Assembly: GCA_040437565.1 (NCBI GenBank)
Contig: JBDOQK010000005.1
Span: 434,001-498,000 of the forward strand
Direction of reading: 5' to 3'
Length of the DNA: 64,000 nt
DNA from: Albugo candida
Taxonomy: Eukaryota
The position numbers and the translations under genes were made by a program. Numbering within the stretch: position 1 is the stretch's first letter; each line of letters starts with the position of its first letter. Positions 44,732-57,513 of this stretch are shown here, piece by piece. Below the pieces are notes generated by a model. It saw only the letters and a list, made by a program, of their open reading frames with translations. It did no database searches and was not told the DNA's origin.

Positions 44732-47700
44732 ATGGGGAATTTTATACCAAGTGGATTCATTTTGAGCGATACAGACGCCGAGTTTCGTACAAACTACGTG
44801 GAGCGCCTACCGCCCAAGGACTTGAAACGATACTTGGAAGGATACCGTCGAATATGCAACAGCGAAAAAACAGGCAATACAGAATTGAAGCCTCTAAATT
44901 TGAACAATACGACGGAAAAGGCTTCCGATCGCATTGGGAAGTCCAATGAACGAAGCCAAAATAATAGCGATACGTCTAAGGCCACATTCAACGCCAATCA
45001 AGGATCCATCGAAAGGCAGTATAAAGGTTCAGGAACCGGAAAAGAAAACAACAAGTCTGCATCCGCAAAGACAGCTCCAAATGGCTCGAAAAAAATTGTT
45101 CAGGACGACATATCAAACGAAGAGATTGGATTTACACAAACAAATATAAAGGCAACGAATGTCACTTTCAATTGGAATTGTGGTGTTTTGACAAAGCGGA
45201 TGTTCCGAACCAAAGTGCTGTCTTCGTTCCCCATGATTCCTCACTCACTTGCCGATCGATTGTTTGATGTTTTGGACGCTGACCGTTGTGGGACGTTGAC
45301 TGCGGAGAAGATCCTGAGCGGTATCTCTTGGTTGAAGTATGGAACACAAGAAGAATTCGAGCAATTACTGTTTATAATTTACGATCTCGAGAATGAAGGC
45401 CGTCTAACGCGAGATGTGTTGACTCGATTCATTGACGTTATCTATGGAAAGATAAGAGCACGAGATACAGCTACCATTGCATTTGTCGATTCCATTTTCT
45501 CCCAGCATTCCAGCCTCTCTTTCCAGGAATTTCGAGCAGTAGTACACCAACGAGACTCGAATGGTGTGGCTCTTTTGACTCACTGGTTGCTGGTATTGGC
45601 AGATGGTATCGGACTCGAAGATGACCCAGCCATTATGATGCTCGAACAAGAGTATAGTCCAGTCGTGATACGTCATCGAATAGCGGAAGAAACATTGTTT
45701 TCAGTGAATGAAATTGCAAGTTTAGAGCGGCAATTTACAAGGCTTGAGGCTATTTTGATACGTGCCGAAGCCGAACAGCTTCTATCAGAATCCAGGACCC
45801 CCCTCTGCCGACACGACAAAGACTCTCAGCAGAATTCAAACGCAACAGCGAGGGTCAAAAATACGACTACACGAACTTCCATGACAGGAAAAAGTCGAGT
45901 GGATGCGAATTACCTGGTCGAAAACATGGGTCGATACTTTCCAAACGATTTTCTGAGGCGATATTTCGAATTGAAGTCACCAGATATATTCAATCCCATA
46001 CGTACGCAAGAGGATGGACTCTCGTGCGGTATCATGCAGTGCAATTTTCCAGTCACATTGGAAGATTTCTGCTTGTTTGTATCCAACTTTTGCCGTGGAA
46101 CCACAAAGTCAAAACTTCAGCGAGTGTTTGAACTGTATGCAAGTCCTACAGAGCGCATGTCTGAGGGTGGACACATACCATTGATTGGAAACCGTTCTAT
46201 CACAGCTGATGCAATTCAGCTTTTGGAAGGAGTTGTCAAGGAATACTTTGCCTTGTTCTCTCCGGACGCGTTTAAAATTACTCGAGCCGAAGAGGAAGAA
46301 AGTGTGAGTGTCGCCATTTCCTGCGCTTTGACACTTCTGATTTTTGGAGTTTGACGTTTTGCAGCGCGCAGAAGCTTCTCTTATCGATCGTATGGACTTG
46401 AACACGTTTCTCCAATGGGCAGAAAGCTCGTCACAGCTTCAGGAATGCGTCCATCAAATGTCATTTGTTGCATGCGTCGTGTTCAATTTGAAGCCAGATT
46501 CAGGCGTCTTAGAACGAAGAATCGTCGAATGGCTTTGGACGCAAGCGACAAAGTTGATTAAAGTTGGACAGGTGCATGACGACTCCGACAGCGATGCTGA
46601 CTCTTACTTAGCCTCATTTCTGTAGGAGTGGAATTTGGTTGGAGGTACTTGGTGGCGGAAATGGTGTCATTACACAGGGACGAATGTGATGAATGGAACT
46701 CGATACGGAATTCTGGCTATTCCAAAGCTTCCACAAAGTGCAGAGAATCGTCATATCAAAGAACACGAAGTTTTTCTACTCGATCATGACTCTCGCTACA
46801 CGCAAGCACGTCGAAGACCCGGACCAATTGCTAGTTGGGACATACTCAAACGCAGCGGAAGTCGTCGGCTCAACGAACGTATCGCTGTGGGTCGCGATGT
46901 GTTTGTACGTGTGATAACACTTTGATACAAGCGCTGTTCTAAATTCTATTACGATCTAGCTGGTTCCTTCCACCGTCTACGGGATGCTGGCGATGTGGTA
47001 CAGTGGTGGTCCTGATCTAAAGCGAAGTATCATACCCGTCAGATGCGACGACACAGAGCGGACTGAATCCCTGGAACTAGAATTATTTCCATTGGTTTTA
47101 CGGATTGCACGTGTGGAGCTATCGACCGGAAATGTGGTCATGTCAGGCGAGGAAGTGACGTTGAGTTATCTCAGTTCGTATGGCTCACTATTGGAAGCGT
47201 CCTGCAAAGTATTCCTGTCTATAAAGGAGATCGAAAAGGCTCGTTTATGGTACTTTCACGAACAACACCCTACACATCGCTTCCCGTTGTGGCGANNNNN
47301 NNNNNNNNNNNNNNNNNNNNNNNNNNNNNNNNNNNNNNNNNNNNNNNNNNNNNNNNNNNNNNNNNNNNNNNNNNNNNNNNNNNNNNNNNNNNNNNTTCCA
47401 TTGGTTTTACGGATTGCACGTGTGGAGCTATCGACCGGAAATGTGGTCATGTCAGGCGAGGAAGTGACGTTGAGTTATCTCAGTTCGTATGGCTCACTAT
47501 TGGAAGCGTCCTGCAAAGTATTCCTGTCTATAAAGGAGATCGAAAAGGCTCGTTTATGGTACTTTCACGAACAACACCCTACACATCGCTTCCCGTTGTG
47601 GCGAATAGAACGTGATCACTGCCAAGATCGGACAGTGACAGGTGTGAATGAGTATTTGTTTCACGCGCTCACCCAGCAATGCGTCCTGCTTCTCGAATTG

Positions 47701-50700
47701 CAAGACTTGGATGGAAGTTGGCCGCTGTCACAAGTCGACACAAGCAGTAAAACTCCAGCGGCGCTTACCAACGCAAAGGGCTCCACATCATCGCAGAAAC
47801 CGGCAGTTGCCAACGCTAGAAGTGATCCAGGGTTTGAGAAATCGCAGACTTCAGCAAACAAGAGTCAAAACCGTTCAGGGGCGTCGGATTTGTGTGCTCG
47901 TAGCAACTTCGAAGCGTTCATTGGTGCACCACATCGTGATCCTAATCCCAGCTCGAGCGATACCGAGTCCCAATGCAGTTCTCTACGCGAAGAACCTTAC
48001 AATTTGGCTTTGGATCCCATCACACAGCGCCGATTTCTCACCGACGCGTTTGGTGGTGATGGTTTAATTGGTCTGGAAAACTTGGGCAATACGTGTTACA
48101 TGGGAAGTGCGTTGCAGTGCTTAAGCCACACCCGATTACTGGTCGAGTATCTTCGTAAACAAGCATACCTTTCGGATATCAACGATCAGAATCGAGATGG
48201 GCATCAAGGGCGACTGGCTACGGCATTTGGGGAATTGATTCGCGTGCTGTGGTCGCGTCAAAATGGCAAGAAGCGGCACTTTGCCCCGGCTGCATTCAAA
48301 CGAATGATATCGAAGCTTCAGCCTCAGTTTCAAGGATCAGAACAACACGACGCACAAGAGTTTCTTGCGTTTTTATTGAGTGGACTCAGCGAAGATTTGA
48401 ACCGCGTTGTTGTCAAACCGTACGCTGAACTCAAAGACAGCGAAGGACGCAGTGACGCTGTCGTAGCGAATGAGTGGTGGGACAATCATTTAAAGCGTGA
48501 GGTATCTGTGGTCGTTGCCTTATTCACAGGACAGTACAAAAGCTTGCTGGAATGTGAGCTTTGTCACTATGAATCCGCACGCTTTGAGCCATTCACATTC
48601 CTTCAATTATCTCTTCCGGAAAGCTCCTCACGCTCAATTGTTGTCATTGTGTTTTTCAACAACGACCACCCGCCTGTGCGTTGCTCTGTACGCGTCAACA
48701 AGAAGAGTCTTGTGCACCAGTTGCTTCAGCAAGTAGCTGTTCTCATGTCGAAACAGGGAAAACACATTCAGAAGCAACAAGCAGACAACTTTGTTCTAGC
48801 AAAAGTGACGACTGCCCATACTGTCGACATGCTTGTGGATGAACGGAATCCGGTTTCAATGATTCAGGANNNNNNNNNNNNNNNNNNNNNNNNNNNNNNN
48901 NNNNNNNNNNNNNNNNNNNNNNNNNNNNNNNNNNNNNNNNNNNNNNNNNNNNNNNNNNNNNNNNNNNNNTTATTCACAGGACAGTACAAAAGCTTGCTGG
49001 AATGTGAGCTTTGTCACTATGAATCCGCACGCTTTGAGCCATTCACATTCCTTCAATTATCTCTTCCGGAAAGCTCCTCACGCTCAATTGTTGTCATTGT
49101 GTTTTTCAACAACGACCACCCGCCTGTGCGTTGCTCTGTACGCGTCAACAAGAAGAGTCTTGTGCACCAGTTGCTTCAGCAAGTAGCTGTTCTCATGTCG
49201 AAACAGGGAAAACACATTCAGAAGCAACAAGCAGACAACTTTGTTCTAGCAAAAGTGACGACTGCCCATACTGTCGACATGCTTGTGGATGAACGGAATC
49301 CGGTTTCAATGATTCAGGATAACGATTCCCTCACAGTTTTTGAAGTGGATCCCCTTCCAATTCCCAAACGCGATCGAAATCAGCCGCTGCGCAATGCGAA
49401 GAACGCTAATCCACAAACGTCGAAGATTGAAGAAGACATCGATTCCAGTCAATCTGCAGGAATTCAAATCGGATCGTCAGTGTATATCCGTCAGAAATCA
49501 CGAGAATTGCAAGCCGCGCGGGTGATTGATGTCCACGGGTCCGAGACCATTGATATTGCATTCCCAACAGGCTTGAAGCGATACGATTTCCCTTATACCG
49601 GCATTCTGGAGCATTATGCGGCTAAAAAGATGGGGAAGAGATACGAATCGATCAAGAACCCAATGATGCGCCACGTTTTGTACTCAAGTGCATTCTTGTT
49701 CATGGTACATCGTCGTGTGGATCGATCTTCTCATTCCTTCACAAGGACGCACATCCCACGATTGTTCGGATCACCGTTGGTGGTGCGGGTATCTCTCCAA
49801 TACACCACCAATTACGACCTGTATCTGCTCGTTTGGACTCGCCTACGTCGAATTTTCCACTGGAAACGACCGCCTCCGCCGTCAGAATTCCCCATCACAT
49901 CGAAAAATGAGGCTACATGCCGATCTGATGTGAGAAGTATTGCATTGGGAAGCCATTTACAAGTTACGAAATTCGGGTTTTGTCTGCGTATGGTGACATC
50001 TGCTGGTCATTCGTGTTCACGTTGCGATTGGTTGGACGCGTGTTTGGGCTGCTTAATCATTCCTTCTCAAGATCGGATCAGCGTGACAGCTGAAGAAACG
50101 ATTGCGATGGATTGGGACACAGCGAGTCTAAAGGAAGAATACGATCCACTAGAAGCAAGCACGCTCATAGTCGATGCGTCGATCGAGCATAATCGTCAGA
50201 AAGATCAAGGACCTCTGACATTGGACCAATGTCTCAACATCTTCACCGCAAAAGAACACATCAATGAAGCGTATTGTGGACGATGTAAAGCTCTACGTCC
50301 AGCGAATAAAACGATGGATTTCTGGCGACTGCCTCCGATTCTCGTGATTCATCTCAAACGATTTTGTTACACTCAAGTTTCTCGTCGGAAATTATATCAT
50401 TTTGTGGATTTTCCGTTAGTCGGATTGGATATGACAAAGTTTGTGGCAAAAAGACGACGACCAAAAAGACTGTACGAGTCGGGAATGACCTATTGGCGCT
50501 TCCTCGGCGGGAAATTACAGCATGAAGAGGATGATGATGTCGCGGAGAATGAAGCTCAGGAAATGCACGAGCATCACGTCGACCACAAAATATCAATTCC
50601 CATCTCTAAAAGCCATTCATCGTCTAATTGCAAGGACACAAATGGAACTACTTGTCTTAATTCTCCAGCTACTGCGACAGTTTTGACGAAAGTACGCAAT

Positions 50701-51057
50701 GAGTCGTTTCTGTATGATCTCTACGCAGTGGTGAATCACGTCGGCGCACTTGCAACTGGACACTACTTTGCATACATTCGGAGCGAGATTGATGGTCGAT
50801 GGAAATGCTTCAACGATCATCAATGCAAAGAAATTGACGCGAAAGAAGTAGTCTCATCTAGTGCGTATATCCTCTTTTACATTCGAAGGGATATGCAGTA
50901 TCTGTCGATTGAAGATTTATTCCCACCCGTTATCCGATCGACACAATCACAGACCGAGACCTCATTCAGCAATGACATACCCAGCGTGAGTGAGTTGCCA
51001 CGTGCTTCAACTGGACCGCCTGAATCAGCTGAAAGCCCGAGATGCGAGGTCATGTAG
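44732..51057 (+). CDS. USP32-like ubiquitin-specific protease (EF-hands, DUSP, UBL, peptidase C19)
   Basis: EF-hand-like loops, DUSP (WWRKWCHY...PGPI...WYSGGP), Cys box GLENLGNTCYM, QHDAQEFL, His box VVNHVG...GHY...FND, and C-terminal CEVM. Two gap-flanking duplications inflate the ORF. Confidence 0.92.
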
Positions 51058-51080
51058 CTGACATTAATAGGCGATCAGTA

Positions 51081-53210
51081 TCACGCCCAGAGTTCCTGCA
51101 CAAATCGACCACAAGTCTGCCAATTCGAGAGCATCAATTTGGCTTCGGCTGCTGTCATTTGCCCGTGTCGTTCAATGATATCGGTCAATGTCTTGAGCAC
51201 ATCTTGTCCCATCTGAATCCCTCCACACACATAGACATAGGCGCCTTTATCGTGAAGCTGTGTCCATACTTTAGTTCCTTGTTGAGCAAGAAGATGTTGG
51301 ACGTAGACTTTCTCAGTGGATTGACGTGAAAAGGCAACATGCAACTCGCTCAAGATTCCCTGCGATTGGAATAATTCCAACTCGGTCCGATAGATGTAAT
51401 CATGTTCGTGACGACAACCAAAATACAACACTGTCCGCCCGATGGGAAGACCCATTTCCAGCTGCTTGGAGCGTTCATGCAAGAAGGCTCGCATTGGAGC
51501 GATTCCCGTTCCTGGGCCGATTAAAATGATTGGCGTTGTGGTATCTCGGGGCAACCGGAATTTGGACTCTCTTACAAACACTCGAATGTGAGGCCACTGA
51601 CGCGGTTGTTTACTGCCTTGCTCACCAGGCCGACTCTGACGTTTTTTTCTATCATCATGACGGGATTCTGGAATCGCCAATCGTGATAAGTAAGAAGAAC
51701 AAACGCCATCAAAGATGCGACCATCTGTCTGTGGTGTTTGGAGCACCGATACGGTGACATGAATACGATCGGGATGAGCCAGACGAGAAGACGAAATTGT
51801 ATAAAAGCGAGGATTGATATAAGGCACAATGTCCAACAACGCTTCGAGGGGAACTTGTATCGACGGAAACGCTTCCAATATATCAACAAAAGATCGATGC
51901 TCCTTGAGGATCCAAGTCTGATACAGATCTTTGCCATTTGTCGATGCCAGATCAAGCAGCTTTTCCCTCTCTACTTGGCTTTGAGCACATTCTGCTAGCT
52001 TCTTTAATGCTCGTTTCCGTGGGGCATTTGAAATATCGAGGTACCGTGTCAGTATCGTGGCGACTGTGCAAGGAGAAGGGAATGGAATGTCTTTACATGT
52101 TGATCGTTCGTTGCAAGTATTTGGCTTGACAATGACCCATTCATCCAAATTGTACTTTAATCGACACGCAATCCGCTCTACATTTGACCAAGCATTCTCA
52201 GGCAAAATGGCAAGATTATCGGCCGTCTGATATTCCAGCTCTGTTCCTTTCAAATCGATTTCCAGATGGAGAGTCGATCGATTGGCTGTATCAGTGCAAA
52301 GTTCTTGCTTTTGTATCACTTTGGCTAAAACCGATTGGAAAAAATATTTATTTGCCGCTTTGATATTATATGAGTGGGTGTCTGCTTGCTTTTTTTGGTC
52401 AGTTTTCAATGGAGAGCACTTTAAGATGGAATAATCGCAGGAAACCACTGCTGAATTAGCTTTCGAGTCTTCCATTGTGTCGTGCCCATTGACTCGTAAT
52501 TGTTTGCATACTTGCATATTTTCGAGCAATGTGGACCATAGATTTTCCTTCCATTCCTCGAAATCATTTTCAATATTCTGATCGTCATCGCCTTCTCCAT
52601 AGCGATACAATCGTCGCGCTCCGGCCGCTTCCATCTGCTTGTTGATGGATCTCCCCATTGCATTATAATGCTCGTATTGACTATTTCCTAATCCAAAGAC
52701 GGTGAAGAATACATTTTGCAGTGGTTTGTGGTCGACTTGCTGTTGTTTGAGAAATCGTGCGAATTCTACAGCGTTATCGGTAGGATCTCCTTCACCGTAC
52801 GTCGCTACGACCAAAATGACAACAATCTCTTTCGCCAGACATTTTTTTGCATCGTATTCTTCCAAGTCGTATTTCACGATAGGAATTTTTTTACTTGTGC
52901 CTTCTTGATGCAAAGTGGCTGCAAATGCTTCCGCTGTGCCTGTTTGTGAGCCGAAAAGAACGACAACACGAGATGTTGAGGAGTGATTTTCGCTTGGAAT
53001 GGTGGCATCTGCGGGAACTATTTTTGATGCGTTCTTCAAATTTGTTTGCAGTTGTTCGCGTAATTGCACTGACTTTTTGTACTGCTCCATCTGATTGTTT
53101 ATACGGATCATTTCCGTACTTTCAGAAGAAGGGCGAGAGCGTTTCCAGCATACTACCATGCCACCGATAGCAGCCAGAATAGTGCCAGCGATGGAGTAGG
53201 AATCTATCAT
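51081..53210 (-). CDS. POR: NADPH-cytochrome P450 reductase
   Basis: N-terminal TM anchor, FGSQTGTAE, ATYGEGDPTDNA, FGLGN..YEHYN, RFYTISSS, GPGTGIAP, YVCG and terminal ELWA. First ATG at 53210. Confidence 0.95.
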   Translation of the reverse strand: MIDSYSIAGTILAAIGGMVVCWKRSRPSSESTEMIRINNQMEQYKKSVQLREQLQTNLKNASKIVPADATIPSENHSSTSRVVVLFGSQTGTAEAFAATLHQEGTSKKIPIVKYDLEEYDAKKCLAKEIVVILVVATYGEGDPTDNAVEFARFLKQQQVDHKPLQNVFFTVFGLGNSQYEHYNAMGRSINKQMEAAGARRLYRYGEGDDDQNIENDFEEWKENLWSTLLENMQVCKQLRVNGHDTMEDSKANSAVVSCDYSILKCSPLKTDQKKQADTHSYNIKAANKYFFQSVLAKVIQKQELCTDTANRSTLHLEIDLKGTELEYQTADNLAILPENAWSNVERIACRLKYNLDEWVIVKPNTCNERSTCKDIPFPSPCTVATILTRYLDISNAPRKRALKKLAECAQSQVEREKLLDLASTNGKDLYQTWILKEHRSFVDILEAFPSIQVPLEALLDIVPYINPRFYTISSSRLAHPDRIHVTVSVLQTPQTDGRIFDGVCSSYLSRLAIPESRHDDRKKRQSRPGEQGSKQPRQWPHIRVFVRESKFRLPRDTTTPIILIGPGTGIAPMRAFLHERSKQLEMGLPIGRTVLYFGCRHEHDYIYRTELELFQSQGILSELHVAFSRQSTEKVYVQHLLAQQGTKVWTQLHDKGAYVYVCGGIQMGQDVLKTLTDIIERHGQMTAAEAKLMLSNWQTCGRFVQELWA

Positions 53211-53610
53211 TGTGATTGAATGCTTTTGCTCCAAGTAATGCACCACGCTATTTTAAGCAATTGACTCTATTTTGGTTGGTATGTCGTGCGGTTACGCACT
53301 TCCAACGCGTTTTATGTTGATTACGAGAATGGGGATGGCGTATGTACCGCATTGCATAAGATTGTGTGAAATCAAAGATTCAGAGTATAAAGCGGTCAGT
53401 TTTTGTCACGGTAGATATCTGCCCATAGTTTTTTATATCAAACACCCATTGTTGTTGATGATGCTTGTTAGAATAATGCTCAAACCAGAGGTCTTCTATC
53501 TATATTCCGGTTAAATGTCAGCTAAAGCGGTCGAGTTCATTCGTCGATTCCATATTCAAGTAGAAGCTACAGAGCAATTGACCCTATTTTAAAGTGAACA
53601 CATCATTCTT

Positions 53611-54825
53611 ATGACCAGAATTCCGTTTGTCGACATTGGCGCTAATCTAACGGATCCAGTCTTCTGCGGCGTATATCGAGGAAAACAGCGTCATGTGGTA
53701 CGTGACACGAATTCACACCTTCTCACCTCATAGCCGAAGAACAATTTGTAGAGTGACCTGAAAAATGTATTGAAGCGAGCTCATAATTACGGCGTTGACA
53801 GAATTATCACAACAGGTAGCATATTAAGATCGTTTCTTCTTCATTTCACAACATATCGGCAAAATGTCTAGCTGGCTCTTTGGATGAAAGCAGAGCAGCT
53901 CTGTCTCTGTCGCGTGAGGCATATCCCTCCCCGCACACAAAGCTCTATTCGACTGTCGGTGTACATCCAACACGTTGCAACGAGTTTTTAACCGCAATAT
54001 CCGACCAAGATTCACTACAGCAGCCAAATGAAACTGCTGAAGCTCATCTTTCCAAGCTCCTTAACGTATGTGAAGATGGAATCAAAGACGCAAAAGTTGT
54101 GGCCATTGGCGAATGCGGTTTGGATTACGATCGGTTGGAATTTTGCAGCCGAGAAACTCAGAAGCGTTATTTCGAGAAACAGTTTGAATTGGCAGAAGCG
54201 ACAAAGTTGCCAATGTTTCTGCATAATCGAAACACACAAGGCGACTTTTACGGTAAGGAAGAGATATCCGTATATGAAGTTCCATTAATACTGCTTAGAG
54301 ATCGTGTCGAGAAATCGTCATCGATTTAGACATGGTGTGGTTCATTCATTCACTGGTGATCGAGATGAAGCGGAAAAACTGCTTGGGTTGGACCTATACA
54401 TTGGTGAGAAAAAATTATTGTAAACAGGAGCAATAAAGTCTGATATTTTGTTCAGGGATTAATGGATGCTCATTAAAGACGCAAGAGAATTTGGAGGTGG
54501 TGAAAGCGATTCCAGCTGCACGGCTGATGTTGGAAACTGATGCGCCTTGGTGTGATATCCGTTCAACTCATGCTGGCTTCCAGCACGTGCACACAAAGTG
54601 GCCATCCAGAAAAGCTGAAAAATACGATCATGACAGTCTGGTCAAAGGGCGAAATGAACCTTGTACAATGATGTGAGTCGCGTCGATATATATACATGGC
54701 TGTTTAATATCTCCATTTCTAGACAAGTTTTGGAGGTCTTGAGCGCGGTTCGTGGGGATAAGATGCAAGAACTTGCAGATCGCGCGTACCAGAACAGTAT
54801 GCAAGTATTCTTCCCTGACGGCTAA
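53611..54825 (+). CDS. TATDN1: TatD family DNase (TATDN1-like), multi-exon
   Basis: [57 protein letters not shown] and KGRNEP. Confidence 0.93.
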
Positions 54826-54879
54826 ATTATATCTGGTACCCATGTGCCATCCACTTCGAACGAAGCACTTGAGCTATCA

Positions 54880-56031
54880 CTACCCTTTTTTGAAAAACGA
54901 AAAGAGCGTTTTCTGCTTTCCACTTCCACCACTTGAAGCTGAAGCTGAAGCTTTTCCCTTACCATTTCCTTGCGAGCGCGAGACCGGCTTTTCTTGATGC
55001 TGTCGCTTATTACTGTTTTCTCCCTCCTCTCCATCGATTTGCTCATAGTGTTTTTCTGTCACCATATATCCGTCTTCGTTGATACGGGTTTTCGTTACCA
55101 CTTTTTGATGCTTCTCTGTCACAGATTGTGTGACGTTGTTGTCGGAAGGTACAGCATCGGTCTCAGCAACACGAGCGGTAACATGTTTTCCGGTGAAGTG
55201 ATAAATATCGTCGTCCAACTTTGCTTTCTTATCTTCTGGAGGAGCCATGCTAGCTGTCTCTGCGCCTTCTAGGTCGTCATCGTCTTCATCCTCTACAACT
55301 CGTTTCCGACCCGTTTTCTGGGGCACAAATTTGAATCCAATATCGTCACCGCTCTCCTCGCTGCTTGAATCAACGCTGAGCACATTTTGCTGCTCTGGAG
55401 CTTTCTTGACGACGCTTGTCCTCGCCGGTTCGATTGCGCTCTTTGTTATTTTTTTAAAGATATTCTTATTGATTTCTGGCTTCACTTTGGGTAATGTTGC
55501 ACGAGTGAGAGATTTGCTTTGCTTACTGGAACGAGCAATATTCAGCTCGGGACCCGCGGATTGATTGGACGTGCGAGTTGTCCGTGTTTTCTGTTTGGTG
55601 ATAGATGAACAGGTTATGTTGCTACTGTGATAGTATTCGAGCGCCCTTTCGGTCTCCGTATCGACGTGATCGAAAAAAGCATTCCGAATCTGACTCTCTT
55701 CGTACATACAATTGTTTACGTGTGTCTGGCTATCCTCATTTTCCATACGGGAGGGGAGTAAGCCATATATCTCGTTTTGATGTGCATCAACTATATCCTT
55801 GCAGGTTAAAGAAATGATTCGTTCGCGAGCATCATGCACGATCGAATCTGGCTTTACGATTTGTACTGCCACAGGAACAACGTTTTGCGCCTGTTTTACA
55901 TCGCCGATGAATTGCAAGCAAGCTTTTTTAGCTTTTTGAATATCAATCTGTGCTTTTGCGCAGAGCGTATGCACTGTTATCGCGCGACTTGTATCGAGCA
56001 AAAAATTGGAGAGCACTTCCTCGCAGTCCAT
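54880..56031 (-). CDS. POLD3: DNA polymerase delta subunit 3 (POLD3/Cdc27/p66)
   Basis: C-terminal KVVTKTRINEDGYMVTEK and PCNA PIP box QKTLFSFF at the extreme C-terminus. Confidence 0.8.
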   Translation of the reverse strand: MDCEEVLSNFLLDTSRAITVHTLCAKAQIDIQKAKKACLQFIGDVKQAQNVVPVAVQIVKPDSIVHDARERIISLTCKDIVDAHQNEIYGLLPSRMENEDSQTHVNNCMYEESQIRNAFFDHVDTETERALEYYHSSNITCSSITKQKTRTTRTSNQSAGPELNIARSSKQSKSLTRATLPKVKPEINKNIFKKITKSAIEPARTSVVKKAPEQQNVLSVDSSSEESGDDIGFKFVPQKTGRKRVVEDEDDDDLEGAETASMAPPEDKKAKLDDDIYHFTGKHVTARVAETDAVPSDNNVTQSVTEKHQKVVTKTRINEDGYMVTEKHYEQIDGEEGENSNKRQHQEKPVSRSQGNGKGKASASASSGGSGKQKTLFSFFKKG

Positions 56032-56121
56032 GAGCTGCAGCACCGTGACCTCTGAATAGGAACAATTTTAACAGAGACGGTCTTATATTCAAATCCGCTT
56101 ATTCTCGGTTAACCGCTACAA

Positions 56122-57513
56122 TCACGGTTTCTTAGAGCAGTGATCCAAAATCCATTCGCTGGTAATGGATTTTGGGCGTTCAAGAGGCAAGCCCAACGCA
56201 CGGTCCCAAAATAGCTGCGAGAGCACACCGATTGCACGGGAAACACCAAATAATACTGTGTAATAATTCTTCTGGGTCAGTCCATAGTAATGCAGCAAAA
56301 CACCAGAGTGTGAGTCCACGTTCGGATATGGATTCTTTGTTTTGCCATGTTTTGTCAAAATGTCGGGCATCACTTGATAAATTGTATCGACAATTCGGAA
56401 GAGTTGGTCATCTGGCATATATTTTAGGCCAAATTCACGTTGACACGTGTATCGAGGATCTGTTTTTCGAAGCACTGCATGTCCGTATCCTGGTATGACT
56501 TTGCCCGCATTCAATGTGTCCCACGCAAATTGTGTGATCGTTTCCTTGTTCACTTGCAATCCTTTCGACTGAAACTCCGATTGAAGATCAAGAATCCATC
56601 CGAGAACTTCTTGATTGGCCAAACCGTGCAACGGACCAGCAAGCGCGTTGAAACCAGCGGCAACAGACAAATAGGGATCTGAGAGAGTACTTCCCACCAA
56701 ATGTGTCGTGTGAGCGCTAGCGTTGCCTCCTTCATGATCGCTATGAATGACAAGATACAGACGCATCAATTCATCAAATTCGGAACTTTCAAATCCAAGC
56801 ATACGGCAAAAATTGGCCGAGTAGTCCAAGCTGGAATCGTACGCCCGATTTTTCTCACTGAAATAAGTATTGCGATAAATCAATGCAGCTACTTCCGGCA
56901 ATCGCGCAATAAGGTTCATCATGTCTTCATATGTATGATGCCAGTACGTTGACTTGTGAATGCCATCAGCATACTTTTTCGCAAAGATACTGTCGGTATT
57001 CATCGCCGTCACAGCACAGGACAGCTGCGTCATTGGATGAGCATTCTTCAAACTCACAATCAGATCTTTAACGTGCTTTGGAAGGCGAGCACGAGAATGC
57101 AAATCTTCCGTTACCATATCGACCTGATCTTTCGTTGGGATGTCTCCGGTTAATAGAAGCCACAAAAGACCTTCCGGTAAAGGTTCGCCATTCGTTGAGT
57201 AGGTGGGAAGCTTTTTCTGCAACTCAGGAATGCTATATCCCCGGAAGCGAATACCTTCTTCAGCATCCAGTAGTGAAGTCTCCCATAACAGACACTTCAC
57301 ACCACGTGCACCACCGATAGCTTGATCCACAGTTACTTCTCCAAGTGATTTCGATCCATGTTCTGATTTCAACTTTCTCAAAGCTTCTTGACGATGCGGA
57401 ACCTGCTCCTTTAACGTATCAAGAAGACCAGTCGACGCGCTTGCGAAAGTTTTGACACTTTGTGCCTTAGCTTTGATCACAGATCGGCGAAAATTTTGGA
57501 TGAGTGCGGTCAT
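56122..57513 (-). CDS. CS: Mitochondrial (eukaryotic type I) citrate synthase
   Basis: [51 protein letters not shown] and PNVDSHSG. Transit-peptide-like start [11 protein letters not shown] at 57513. Confidence 0.97.
   Translation of the reverse strand: MTALIQNFRRSVIKAKAQSVKTFASASTGLLDTLKEQVPHRQEALRKLKSEHGSKSLGEVTVDQAIGGARGVKCLLWETSLLDAEEGIRFRGYSIPELQKKLPTYSTNGEPLPEGLLWLLLTGDIPTKDQVDMVTEDLHSRARLPKHVKDLIVSLKNAHPMTQLSCAVTAMNTDSIFAKKYADGIHKSTYWHHTYEDMMNLIARLPEVAALIYRNTYFSEKNRAYDSSLDYSANFCRMLGFESSEFDELMRLYLVIHSDHEGGNASAHTTHLVGSTLSDPYLSVAAGFNALAGPLHGLANQEVLGWILDLQSEFQSKGLQVNKETITQFAWDTLNAGKVIPGYGHAVLRKTDPRYTCQREFGLKYMPDDQLFRIVDTIYQVMPDILTKHGKTKNPYPNVDSHSGVLLHYYGLTQKNYYTVLFGVSRAIGVLSQLFWDRALGLPLERPKSITSEWILDHCSKKP

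Noticed and set aside
46984..49320. Internal domain duplications in the USP ORF
   Set aside because: The repeats (47087-47295 and 48520-48869) exactly flank 100-N gaps, so they are assembly overlaps.
99..56031. Functional cluster of DNA-repair (TDP2, TatD, POLD3) or trafficking genes
   Set aside because: The genes are interspersed with unrelated housekeeping genes, with no evidence beyond chance co-location.
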